Part shown: positions 9,524 to 17,896 of the stretch, piece by piece
Layout: every line of letters starts with the position of its first letter
Position numbering within the stretch: position 1 is the first letter of the stretch
Source: Candidatus Omnitrophota bacterium
GTDB taxonomy: Bacteria > Omnitrophota > Gorgyraeia > Zapsychrales > Fredricksoniimonadaceae
Assembly: GCA_028870995.1 (NCBI GenBank)
Contig: JAGWOI010000007.1
Span: 20,337 to 84,336, forward strand
DNA: 64,000 nucleotides
Direction of reading: 5' to 3'
The notes under the pieces: model-generated
The model's database searches: none
Told to the model about the DNA's origin: nothing
The model's input: only the letters and a program-made list of their open reading frames with translations
Made by a program: the position numbers and the translations under genes

Positions 9524-12226
9524 TTATCCCAACCGGACCTTGATAATGGCGCTCCTGGTGAAGGTTTCCCGGGGAAGGAGCGCCTGCCCGTTGGCTGCCG
9601 TAAAGGCCGCCGGTTGACCGTTGATGGAGATTTGTTTGATGGCATACCGGCCGGCATCCAGCCTTTGGGGATTATGGTACTCGACGGTCAGGCGCTTGCC
9701 GGCAAACTGGCAGGTGACGGAGGCCGTGCCCTTTTTGTCAAATTCTTCTTTGACCAAACGCGGCGCAAGGACCAGGTCCCCCCGCCGGCCGCGCACGCCG
9801 AACACCTGGGTCAATTGGGTCAGCACCAGCCAACTGGCGGAACCGGTCAGGTAGTGGTACATGCCGCGGCCTTCGCCGTCGAAATATTCCGGGATGCCGG
9901 GGTAGATTTTGCTCACCTTACCGTCGACAGCCATCCGGTACATCGATTGCACCACCTCAAAGGCGGGGCGGGCAAACCCGCGCTGGTAAAGGGCTGCGGC
10001 GTACATGACATTCATGTGGCTGAAAAAGGCTCCGTTCTCCTTGGTGCCGTAGGCAAAGCCGAAGGCCCTGCCTAAGTCCATGTAATTGTCGAGGCCGAAA
10101 TCGGTGTTCAGGCGCAAGCCGCCCAGTTCTTTGTCCTTGAGGAAACGGTCCACGCTGGCAATGATCTTGGCGACATCATCGTCGGCAGCCAGGCCGCTCA
10201 TGACGGCAAAGACCTGGCCGGTGAGGGTCATGCGCACCTTCTTGTCAATAAACCCCTCCACCCGGCGGCCCTGGTTATCATAATAACCGTTGAACCATGT
10301 ATAGGTCCGGCCAGCCTCCTTGACCTGGATTTTTTCTTGGCCGGAGAGGTGACGGAAGATCCAATCGGCCTTGGCGCGCAGGTCGCGCGCCACATCATGG
10401 ACGGACACCTCGACGGTCCGGCCGCTTAAGGCCGGCTGCACCTGGTGGAAATATTTGCCGAATAAACGATCCCGTTTGGCTTTGGGGTCGCCGTAATCGA
10501 CCTTTTCATCCCCTAAGGTATCCAGCAAGATCAACAGTTCCTGGAAAAGCCTGATTTTATGAACCCCCTTGATCCGCGCCAGGTCCTCGAGAACATCGGC
10601 AATGGTCATCAGGTTGCCGGCATAAAATGAAGTGAAAGCCGCGGACTCTCCCCGGGCAAAAGCCATATCGAGCCCGTCGTTCCAATCCGCGCTCTCCAGC
10701 CTGATGATGTTATGCTCCCCCACATTGAAGAATTGCGTCAAATGTTGCACCAGGACATGCTCGAGGATGGTACCTTCGTACACCTGCGCCTTCTTGTCCA
10801 AAAGCTTGTTGCCGTATCCGTTCACCCAGCCTAAGTCCTTGTCATGCGTGCGGGAGAGCTGCGGGTCACGAAAGTAGGTTTGGGGTGCCAGCAGGATGTC
10901 AAAGTCCCCGCTCTGGTCGAGGTACAGCAAGAGCGTCAGCCAGGGCCAGGCGCCGTGGTCCATCCACACACGGGTGATGGCATTGCGGTCAGCAATGAAT
11001 TCGCCGGGCTTGGAGGCGATGATCGTAGCATTGCTGCCGTCGATACGCACCCCGGCGCAATTGTTGATCAGGTCCTGACGGACCTGATGAGGTTCGATGA
11101 GGATGAGCGACAAAAGGTCCTGCCAGATGTCGCGCCAGCCGCGGCCGCCCTTGCCGTAGTCATGGTCGGGCAAAAACGAACAGCCGAAAATGCGGCGCAG
11201 CACCGGCTGCAAGGTCACCCACTTCATCCAGGCGTTGAAATGCGCGTCACCGGTATTAAATACGATGGAAGAAATTTTATCGGACCAGTATTTTTTATTG
11301 GCGGCCAGGGCCTGATCGAATTTGCCGGCGGCATTAAAACGGCCGAAGACTTCACTTGATTGGGCCTCGTCGGCAGCCATGCCTACGGCGAGGATAAAAC
11401 AGCGGCTCTCGCCGGGTTTCAAGGCCGTTTCTTTAAAACGCAGGGCCCCTACAACTTCCTTGCCGTTAAGGGCCTCAGGCGAAAGCACTGGAGGCTTAAG
11501 GTTGTCGATAACGGCCTTAGGACGGGCGAGTGTTCCCTCATCGCCGTAAAAACTGTCTGCGGTCGGAAAAGACCCCGCCGGTGCGCCGGCCTTTTCCTGC
11601 CGGCCGTACACATAATAAACACCCCGGGTTTCCTTGTGCCCCTCCTCATTAAAAGCCATGGTGGAGCGCATCAACACTCCGTCAGGCACTTGTTTGGCCC
11701 GGCTTAAAAGTGCCGTGACATGCTCATGGTCATGCTTGTTGGCCAGGGAGCGGCCGAAAAGCGGGACAGCAGCCGTGGGAACGAATTTAATGTTCCTTTT
11801 AGAAATGTTCTTGACCGTCACGCGCATCAATTCAATACGCTCGCCGCTAACTGGAATAAAGTTGACAGCCGTCATCTCCAGACCCGCGGCTTTATGCGTG
11901 CGTTTGAGCTGATGCCACAGGGGCCCTATGTCGACGGAAACACCCCCTCCGGGGGATTCCTGCGATAAACCAAAGGCGCCCTGCCCCTTGACAAACGCAA
12001 AAAATTCACGCAGCGGCCAGCGCAAATCTTCGCGGGAAGCCGGTTTGGTCAGGTAGTGAAATTTGTCCAGCTTGATGTCGCCGCTTAAAGAAGGCGTGAT
12101 CGCGGACTTAAGGCCACCCGCATCAACCCCGCAAAGGGGTGCATAAATGGTCTTTATCGCGGCGGCTTGTGTAGAGGTAAAACTGACTCCGTCAGACAGG
12201 TATGTGGTAAATGGATCTGCGGGCAT
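9524..12226 (-). CDS. GH94 glycoside phosphorylase (cellobiose/cellodextrin/beta-glucooligosaccharide phosphorylase family)
   Basis: GRGWRDIWQDLLSLILIEP matches the GH94 [23 protein letters not shown] region. ESADWNDGLD matches the catalytic GRADWNDCLN. C-terminal YLTGSASWLVLTQLTQVFGVR matches [23 protein letters not shown]. Start taken at the internal Met (MPADPF) 10 nt after the PilZ stop; the longer ORF would overlap the PilZ gene. Confidence 0.75.
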   Translation of the reverse strand: MPADPFTTYLSDGVSFTSTQAAAIKTIYAPLCGVDAGGLKSAITPSLSGDIKLDKFHYLTKPASREDLRWPLREFFAFVKGQGAFGLSQESPGGGVSVDIGPLWHQLKRTHKAAGLEMTAVNFIPVSGERIELMRVTVKNISKRNIKFVPTAAVPLFGRSLANKHDHEHVTALLSRAKQVPDGVLMRSTMAFNEEGHKETRGVYYVYGRQEKAGAPAGSFPTADSFYGDEGTLARPKAVIDNLKPPVLSPEALNGKEVVGALRFKETALKPGESRCFILAVGMAADEAQSSEVFGRFNAAGKFDQALAANKKYWSDKISSIVFNTGDAHFNAWMKWVTLQPVLRRIFGCSFLPDHDYGKGGRGWRDIWQDLLSLILIEPHQVRQDLINNCAGVRIDGSNATIIASKPGEFIADRNAITRVWMDHGAWPWLTLLLYLDQSGDFDILLAPQTYFRDPQLSRTHDKDLGWVNGYGNKLLDKKAQVYEGTILEHVLVQHLTQFFNVGEHNIIRLESADWNDGLDMAFARGESAAFTSFYAGNLMTIADVLEDLARIKGVHKIRLFQELLILLDTLGDEKVDYGDPKAKRDRLFGKYFHQVQPALSGRTVEVSVHDVARDLRAKADWIFRHLSGQEKIQVKEAGRTYTWFNGYYDNQGRRVEGFIDKKVRMTLTGQVFAVMSGLAADDDVAKIIASVDRFLKDKELGGLRLNTDFGLDNYMDLGRAFGFAYGTKENGAFFSHMNVMYAAALYQRGFARPAFEVVQSMYRMAVDGKVSKIYPGIPEYFDGEGRGMYHYLTGSASWLVLTQLTQVFGVRGRRGDLVLAPRLVKEEFDKKGTASVTCQFAGKRLTVEYHNPQRLDAGRYAIKQISINGQPAAFTAANGQALLPRETFTRSAIIKVRLG

Positions 12227-12236
12227 AAACTTCTTT

Positions 12237-12584
12237 TTAGGAAGGCAAGATATCTTGGGTGAGTTTAAACAGGCGCTGCATCTTAAAAAAATTGATTTCA
12301 GAGAATTCGACACCGGTATCCCAAAGCGTCAAATTCAATAGTTTCGACCAGACCACCTTGCCGCTTAGAACCATTGGTTCCTGACCATCCGGCAGGGCCA
12401 CTTCCAGGGAAAGCTGGTCTTCAAGAAAGAACCGCTCCTTGGTCAGGATGCGCACGCCCTGAGCCGAAGCGTCGCGTAAAAAAACATCGGTCCCATAATC
12501 ATTACGGGTGTCTTTAAATTTTACAGGGAAACGCGCCGAAAAGCGCTCATAGATCCTTCGTTCTGTGCCGGGGGCTGAGGCCAT
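12237..12584 (-). CDS. PilZ-domain protein (c-di-GMP-binding-type)
   Basis: RRIYERF (RxxxR) and DASAQG (DxSxxG) motifs. Start at internal Met MASAPG to avoid overlap with the upstream PilZ gene. Stop 10 nt before the GH94 ATG. Confidence 0.6.
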   Translation of the reverse strand: MASAPGTERRIYERFSARFPVKFKDTRNDYGTDVFLRDASAQGVRILTKERFFLEDQLSLEVALPDGQEPMVLSGKVVWSKLLNLTLWDTGVEFSEINFFKMQRLFKLTQDILPS

Positions 12585-12603
12585 ATGACCTTCTTTAGTT
12601 AAT

Positions 12604-12945
12604 TTAGGCTTCAAACCGCTTTGAAGAAAAATATTTATCGAGACGGACGGGAGATCCTGAGATGACCTCTGAGAATACCAGGCCCACACGGTATTGATCA
12701 GAGCTCCCCAGCTTTCTCACCCATTTCACAACTCCAATGACCATAACAGGTTCTGTATTTGGCTTAAGCACAATTTCAAGCGCTATCTTTTGGTTGATCG
12801 CCACATTTTGCGAGGAAATAAGACCGATCCCATGACGGCTGATATCCAGGGTCTTGGTCTGTTCAAATTGGGAACCCTGCTTTCCTTCCACCGGGACCAA
12901 ACAATTATACCTTACTTCCGAACGCTCGTTGGAGGCGACACTCAT
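12604..12945 (-). CDS. PilZ-domain protein (c-di-GMP-binding-type)
   Basis: ERSEVRYN (RxxxR) and DISRHGIG (DxSxxG) motifs. Single-domain, 113 aa. Confidence 0.65.
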   Translation of the reverse strand: MSVASNERSEVRYNCLVPVEGKQGSQFEQTKTLDISRHGIGLISSQNVAINQKIALEIVLKPNTEPVMVIGVVKWVRKLGSSDQYRVGLVFSEVISGSPVRLDKYFSSKRFEA

Positions 12946-13195
12946 ATCAAACCCTTTTCAGATCAATGGATTACGTTTGTGAAAGCGCTTACTCTTAAGT
13001 ATAGTTTAGAACATATTTGCCAAAAAGCAAATTAAAGTTAAAGTTTTTAAGCTGTTCTAACCAACTGCAAACAATGGCCTTGCAGTCTACCTGAATTCCA
13101 AGCCGGAAATTTATAAATAATTAATTCTAGGTATTTTTTCCTTCCATTTTTATTGCAGCCCCCTGGTGCCGATGCTATACTATCAGCGAAATCTT

Positions 13196-13396
13196 ATGGC
13201 CACAGCTCAAAAATCTTCTAAGCAAAAGCAGCTTTCCCTGAAAGAGTACGCCAAAATCAAGGAAAAATTGGCCAAGTCCAAACTGAAACTGACCTTTCCT
13301 TGGATCATCAAGGTCTGTTTTATCATCCCTGCGGTTTACTGTGTTTTTTTAATCATTTACTACCTCGTTCATCTGCGCTTCCTGGCGGAGCATTAA
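13196..13396 (+). CDS. Small single-pass membrane protein with Lys-rich N-terminus (alternative start 13166)
   Basis: MATAQKSSKQKQLSLKEYAKIKEKLAKSKLKL followed by a TM helix. Stop TAA immediately abuts the ATG of the next gene. Confidence 0.35.
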   Translation: MATAQKSSKQKQLSLKEYAKIKEKLAKSKLKLTFPWIIKVCFIIPAVYCVFLIIYYLVHLRFLAEH

Positions 13397-14134
13397 ATGA
13401 CCATTACGGATATCATCACCCTCTTATTCAGCGCTTTTTTCTTGGCACGGGGCTTTATAGCGGGATTTGTTAATTCCTTAATACCTCCCTTCTCTATTAT
13501 TATCGGCACCCTGATCAGTTACTTTTATTACCTGAGCACCAAACATATGCTTACCAGCCTGGCCCTTGGGGTGTTGGCGCCGCTGTTTATTTACGCGGTG
13601 TGCCGGACGATTTTGGGGATCTGGTCCAAGGCCACAAACACGGACATGAAGCCCGGTTTTGTAAGCTCAATGACCGGCGCTGTTTTGAATTTACTTTGGG
13701 GATGGGTCTTCATCATCGCCACTCTCATTTTGCTGGCCCTTTTGCCGCCCATGGGAAAAGCCCTGACCATTGTGCATAACGATATCACAAAATCCGCTTC
13801 CTATGCCCTGGCCAAACCGTGGCAGGATGCGTTTCTTGCTTCCCAGCCCAAAGCCGCTGTACCGGATAATAAGACGGCCGACGGCACTTCCGGTGCTGCC
13901 AATGCCCCTGCCGTCCAGACACTGGCCCAGGATGCCCGATTTAAGAAGGTAATGAATGATCCCGAAATTCAGCACGACATCGACAGCCATAACATCATCG
14001 CGCTCATGAGCAACCCCAAAATGATGGAGCTGACCCGGCAAATCATGAGCGATCCCGAAACCTTGAAGAAAGTCATGGCTGTTTACAACAGCCAGCAGAA
14101 GCCAACCGCAAGTTCAGCTGTTGTCCAGCAATAA
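13397..14134 (+). CDS. CvpA-family membrane protein with C-terminal STI1/DP-like repeat extension
   Basis: N-terminus DIITLLFSAFFLARGFIAGFVNSLIP...SYFYY resembles the CvpA DYAIIAVIAFSSLVSLIRGFVRE...SHYY region. C-terminus MNDPEIQHDIDSHNIIALMSNPKMMELTRQIMSDPETLKKVMAV resembles STI1 DP repeats. Confidence 0.55.
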   Translation: MTITDIITLLFSAFFLARGFIAGFVNSLIPPFSIIIGTLISYFYYLSTKHMLTSLALGVLAPLFIYAVCRTILGIWSKATNTDMKPGFVSSMTGAVLNLLWGWVFIIATLILLALLPPMGKALTIVHNDITKSASYALAKPWQDAFLASQPKAAVPDNKTADGTSGAANAPAVQTLAQDARFKKVMNDPEIQHDIDSHNIIALMSNPKMMELTRQIMSDPETLKKVMAVYNSQQKPTASSAVVQQ

Positions 14135-14143
14135 TCCATTCCA

Positions 14144-15238
14144 TTAACCAAATAAACGGATTTGTCTATCCTCGGCGTTGCGGAAGGATGTTGTGGAAAG
14201 GCGGATACGTCCTTCGGGGAAACCGGCGCGTTTATACCCCATGTTGAAGATGTCCCGGATGCTTTCGGCAAACAAGCCCTTGCCGGTCATGCGCGTTCCC
14301 CAGCCCGAATCGTAAAGGGCGCCGTCGCGCAATGCGCGGATGCGGTTGAGGACTTTTTCCTTACGGTCGGGGAAATATTCCGAGAGCCAGCGCTCGAAGA
14401 TAGCCTTGACCGCATACGGCAGCCGCACGACGGTATAGCCTGCGCCTTGGGCACCGGCTTTAGCCGCGGCTTTAAGGATGGCAGGGATTTCATGGTCGGT
14501 CAGGCCGGGCACGATGGGTGCGACATTAACGGTCACCGGGATGCCGGCACAGGCCAACTCTTCGATGGCCTTCAGACGGTTGACCGGCGTTGAGGCACGG
14601 GGTTCCATGGCCCTGGCCAGGCGCATATCCAGGCTGGTGATGGAGACCGTCACACATACGCCATGGTATTGGGCCATGGACTTGAAGATATCGATGTCGC
14701 GGGTGACCAGTTTATTCTTAGTAATAATTCCGACGGGATTGCAGAAATCCAGCAGAACCTCAAGACAGCCACGGGTGATCCGGAATTTGCGTTCAAAAGG
14801 CTGGAAACAATCCGTGACCCCGCTCATCACCAGCACCTGCGGCTTCCATTTGGGCGATGAGAGCTCTTTGCGTAACAACACCGGCGCCTGGGTCTTCACA
14901 AAAATAACGGACTCAAAATCCTGCCCCGGGGAGAGGCCGAAATACTCATGGGTCGGCCTGGCGTAGCAATAAACGCAGCCGTGCTCGCAGCCGCGGTAGG
15001 GATTGAGGCTCGTTTCAAAGCCAATATCCGGGCTGTCATTATAGCTGATGACGGATTTGGAGGTGTCCTTGTAGAATTCCGTTTTCGGCGAAGGATAATC
15101 TTCGTCGGCAATCTCCTCATCGCGCTCAAAAGATATTTTCTCGAAGCGGTTCACTGGATTCACCAGCGCCCCGCGCTTATGCAGCTCTTTTTCCGGCATA
15201 TAAAACCTCTGATTATTTCCCGATGCAAAATTCGGCAA
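14144..15238 (-). CDS. Radical SAM protein, SplB/COG1533 (DNA-repair photolyase-like) family
   Basis: CEHGCVYC CxxxCxxC motif near the N-terminus. Overall match to spore-photoproduct-lyase-like radical SAM proteins. Confidence 0.65.
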   Translation of the reverse strand: MPNFASGNNQRFYMPEKELHKRGALVNPVNRFEKISFERDEEIADEDYPSPKTEFYKDTSKSVISYNDSPDIGFETSLNPYRGCEHGCVYCYARPTHEYFGLSPGQDFESVIFVKTQAPVLLRKELSSPKWKPQVLVMSGVTDCFQPFERKFRITRGCLEVLLDFCNPVGIITKNKLVTRDIDIFKSMAQYHGVCVTVSITSLDMRLARAMEPRASTPVNRLKAIEELACAGIPVTVNVAPIVPGLTDHEIPAILKAAAKAGAQGAGYTVVRLPYAVKAIFERWLSEYFPDRKEKVLNRIRALRDGALYDSGWGTRMTGKGLFAESIRDIFNMGYKRAGFPEGRIRLSTTSFRNAEDRQIRLFG

Positions 15239-16604
15239 AGATGCGGTCCAGCAGGTCTTCGTTGATATTGCGGCCGGTGATGGCGTCCAGCTGATTGACC
15301 GCGGTCTTGATCTCCTCGGAGACGAATTCCAGCGATGTCTCCCCGGCCATGAGCCGACAGGCGCCCTGCAAGTTTTTCTGGGCCTCTTCCAAGGCTTTGA
15401 TATGGCGGATATTGCTGATCAAAATCCCATGTGTATCCAAATTTTTATCCCGCCGGATCATATTAATGATCCTGGCTTCCAGCTCATGGACCGATTCCGG
15501 ATCAAGGGCCGAAATGCCGATCATGTTGGCCTCGCCGAAGATTTGCCCCAGCCTGACCAGGTCGATTTGCTGCGGTAAATCCTTTTTATTGACAACGGCC
15601 AATACCGGCGATTTTTTCAGCTGTTCAGTCAATGCCCTATCCTGGTCTTCCAGCGGCCGGCTGCCGTCCAAGACCAGCAGCACCAGATCGGCACTCTTCA
15701 TATAAAGATGGCTGCGCCTGATGGCTTCTTCCTCAATTAAATTTCCCGGTTCCAAAATACCGGCCGTGTCCACGAGGGTGACGGGAATCCCTTTAAGCTG
15801 CGCAGACTCTTCCAGCACATCACGGGTGGTACCGGCAATGTCCGTGACAATGGCCCGCTGCTCCTTGAGGAGTGCATTGAGCAAGGACGATTTGCCCACA
15901 TTGGGCTTGCCGCACAAAACCAGGCGCATGCCTTCTTTCAAGATACGGCCGCTGTGCGAACCTTGCAGCAGTTTGGCCACCACCCTCTCCTGGCCGCCTA
16001 AACGATCCAATATTTGTTTGCGGCTTTCAATCTCGATGCCGTCTTCCGGAAAATTGATCAAGGCCTCCACCATGGTGTAAAGTTTCATCAATTCTTCACG
16101 GATGCCTTCAAGCCGGGTGGATAATTCGCCTTTTAATTGATAATGGCTTTGCCGTAAAAATGTTTCGGTCTTGGCATTAATGACATCAGCCACAGCTTCC
16201 GCCTGGGCCAGGTCCATGCGGCCGTTGAGAAAGGCCCGCTTGGTGAATTCTCCAGGCAGAGCCAGACGGGCACCGGCATTCAACACCGCCTGAAGAATGC
16301 TGCGCAGCGGGGTCTGCCCGCCGTGGCCGTTGATTTCGACTACATCTTCGGCGGTGTACGTCCTGGGTGCCAGCATAACCGCAACCAGGACCTCGTCCAC
16401 CATGTCCTTGCCCTGCATGACCCAGCCGTGATGCAGCGTGTGGCTTGGGGCATCCGCCAGTTTCTTCTTGCCGTCCAGACGCAGCACGGCATCGGCAACG
16501 GCGACAGCCTCCTTGCCGCTGATGCGGATAATGCCGATCCCCCCCTGGCCCGCAGGCGTGGCGATGGCGGCGATCGTGTCTTCTAGGCCTTTATACTGGT
16601 ACAT
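15213..16604 (-). CDS. mnmE: tRNA modification GTPase MnmE
   Basis: N-terminal TIAAIATPAGQGGIGIIRISG. G-domain GKPNVGKSSLLNAL. C-terminal CIGK signature. Start at internal Met MYQYKG. Confidence 0.85.
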   Translation of the reverse strand: MYQYKGLEDTIAAIATPAGQGGIGIIRISGKEAVAVADAVLRLDGKKKLADAPSHTLHHGWVMQGKDMVDEVLVAVMLAPRTYTAEDVVEINGHGGQTPLRSILQAVLNAGARLALPGEFTKRAFLNGRMDLAQAEAVADVINAKTETFLRQSHYQLKGELSTRLEGIREELMKLYTMVEALINFPEDGIEIESRKQILDRLGGQERVVAKLLQGSHSGRILKEGMRLVLCGKPNVGKSSLLNALLKEQRAIVTDIAGTTRDVLEESAQLKGIPVTLVDTAGILEPGNLIEEEAIRRSHLYMKSADLVLLVLDGSRPLEDQDRALTEQLKKSPVLAVVNKKDLPQQIDLVRLGQIFGEANMIGISALDPESVHELEARIINMIRRDKNLDTHGILISNIRHIKALEEAQKNLQGACRLMAGETSLEFVSEEIKTAVNQLDAITGRNINEDLLDRIFAEFCIGK

Positions 16605-17892
16605 GAGTGATCTCTGCCCTGGCCTCTGCCGCAGCAAACAGCGAACCGGCGACGACAATCACGTCTTGCGGTTGGGCTATAGCCAGCGCCCTGGAAACGG
16701 CCTTTGGTAGATGGTCGATAATCTCAAATGTTTTACCGCCGAAATATTTCCGGCATTCCTCTTCTTTGAAGGCATAGGCTCTGGGATGGTTTGCCTTCGT
16801 CAAAATAAAATGTTCGCCGGCCCCTGCAAGCGCCCGGCTGATCGCCCCAATGTCTTTATCTTGGGAGATCCCCAGCACCATGAGGACCCGACCTTCGGGA
16901 TGTTCCTGCTTTAATGTCTCCGCCAAGACCCGGGCTGAAGCTTCATTGTGGGCACCGTCGACAATGACATCCGGGCTTTGACGCAACAACTCAAAGCGCC
17001 CCGGCCATTGGATATTCTTCAATCCGCTTGCGATGGCTGCTTCGCTGATTCTAAATCCCATGCCCTTTAAAAGCGAGGCCGTCTCAATGGCCGTAGCGGC
17101 ATTCAACAGTTGATGACCGCCTTTAAGGCCCACCTTCAAATCTTTATATTTATTCGGATCTACCAGCACCGGCTGCACCCCAAACTCCCGGCAGCGCCGC
17201 AAAATAACATCCATGGCTTCCTTCTCCTGGGGCGCAACCACCACCCTCTGGAAGGTGTTTTTGATGATCCCCGCCTTTTCTGCCGCTATCTTGCCCAAGG
17301 TATCGCCCAGGATATGGGTATGGTCCAAGCTCACGGGCGTTATCACGCCAATCAGGGACTCCGCCGCATTGGTGGCGTCCAGCCGGCCGCCCAAGCCGGT
17401 TTCCAGCACAGCCACATCCACCCCGGCTTTGACAAAATAACATAAGGCCGCGACCGTCAAGACCTCGAAATACGTCAGGATGTGACCGGCATTTCTGATG
17501 GCCGCGGCATAAGGCCGCAGGAAACCTAATACGTCCTTTAATTCATCGTCGGATATGGCACCGCAAAAAGGGTCTTTGTCCTTCAAGTTGTCCCTGCTTA
17601 GAATGCGGATGCGCTCATTGACCCGGTGCAGGTGCGGCGACGTGTACAGCCCCGCCTTGCAGCCCGCCTCCTGTAAGATCCTGGCCAGAAAGACGCAGGT
17701 TGAACCCTTGCCTTTGGTGCCGGCCACATGGATGATCTTCAAGTCCTTTGTCTGCACCCCGGCCTGGTCCAGGAATTGCTGGATGCGCTGCAAATGAAAA
17801 TCTTCCGGCCGCAGCGTGTGCAGCTGTGACTCGAAATTGGCGAACGAATTGAGGTATTCGTGGGGATTAAACGCTGTCATCACTTGAAACAA
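16591..17892 (-). CDS. folC: Folylpolyglutamate synthase/dihydrofolate synthase
   Basis: Mur-ligase P-loop HVAGTKGKGST. Overall FolC architecture. Confidence 0.8.
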   Translation of the reverse strand: MFQVMTAFNPHEYLNSFANFESQLHTLRPEDFHLQRIQQFLDQAGVQTKDLKIIHVAGTKGKGSTCVFLARILQEAGCKAGLYTSPHLHRVNERIRILSRDNLKDKDPFCGAISDDELKDVLGFLRPYAAAIRNAGHILTYFEVLTVAALCYFVKAGVDVAVLETGLGGRLDATNAAESLIGVITPVSLDHTHILGDTLGKIAAEKAGIIKNTFQRVVVAPQEKEAMDVILRRCREFGVQPVLVDPNKYKDLKVGLKGGHQLLNAATAIETASLLKGMGFRISEAAIASGLKNIQWPGRFELLRQSPDVIVDGAHNEASARVLAETLKQEHPEGRVLMVLGISQDKDIGAISRALAGAGEHFILTKANHPRAYAFKEEECRKYFGGKTFEIIDHLPKAVSRALAIAQPQDVIVVAGSLFAAAEARAEITHVPV

Positions 17893-17896
17893 CGTA

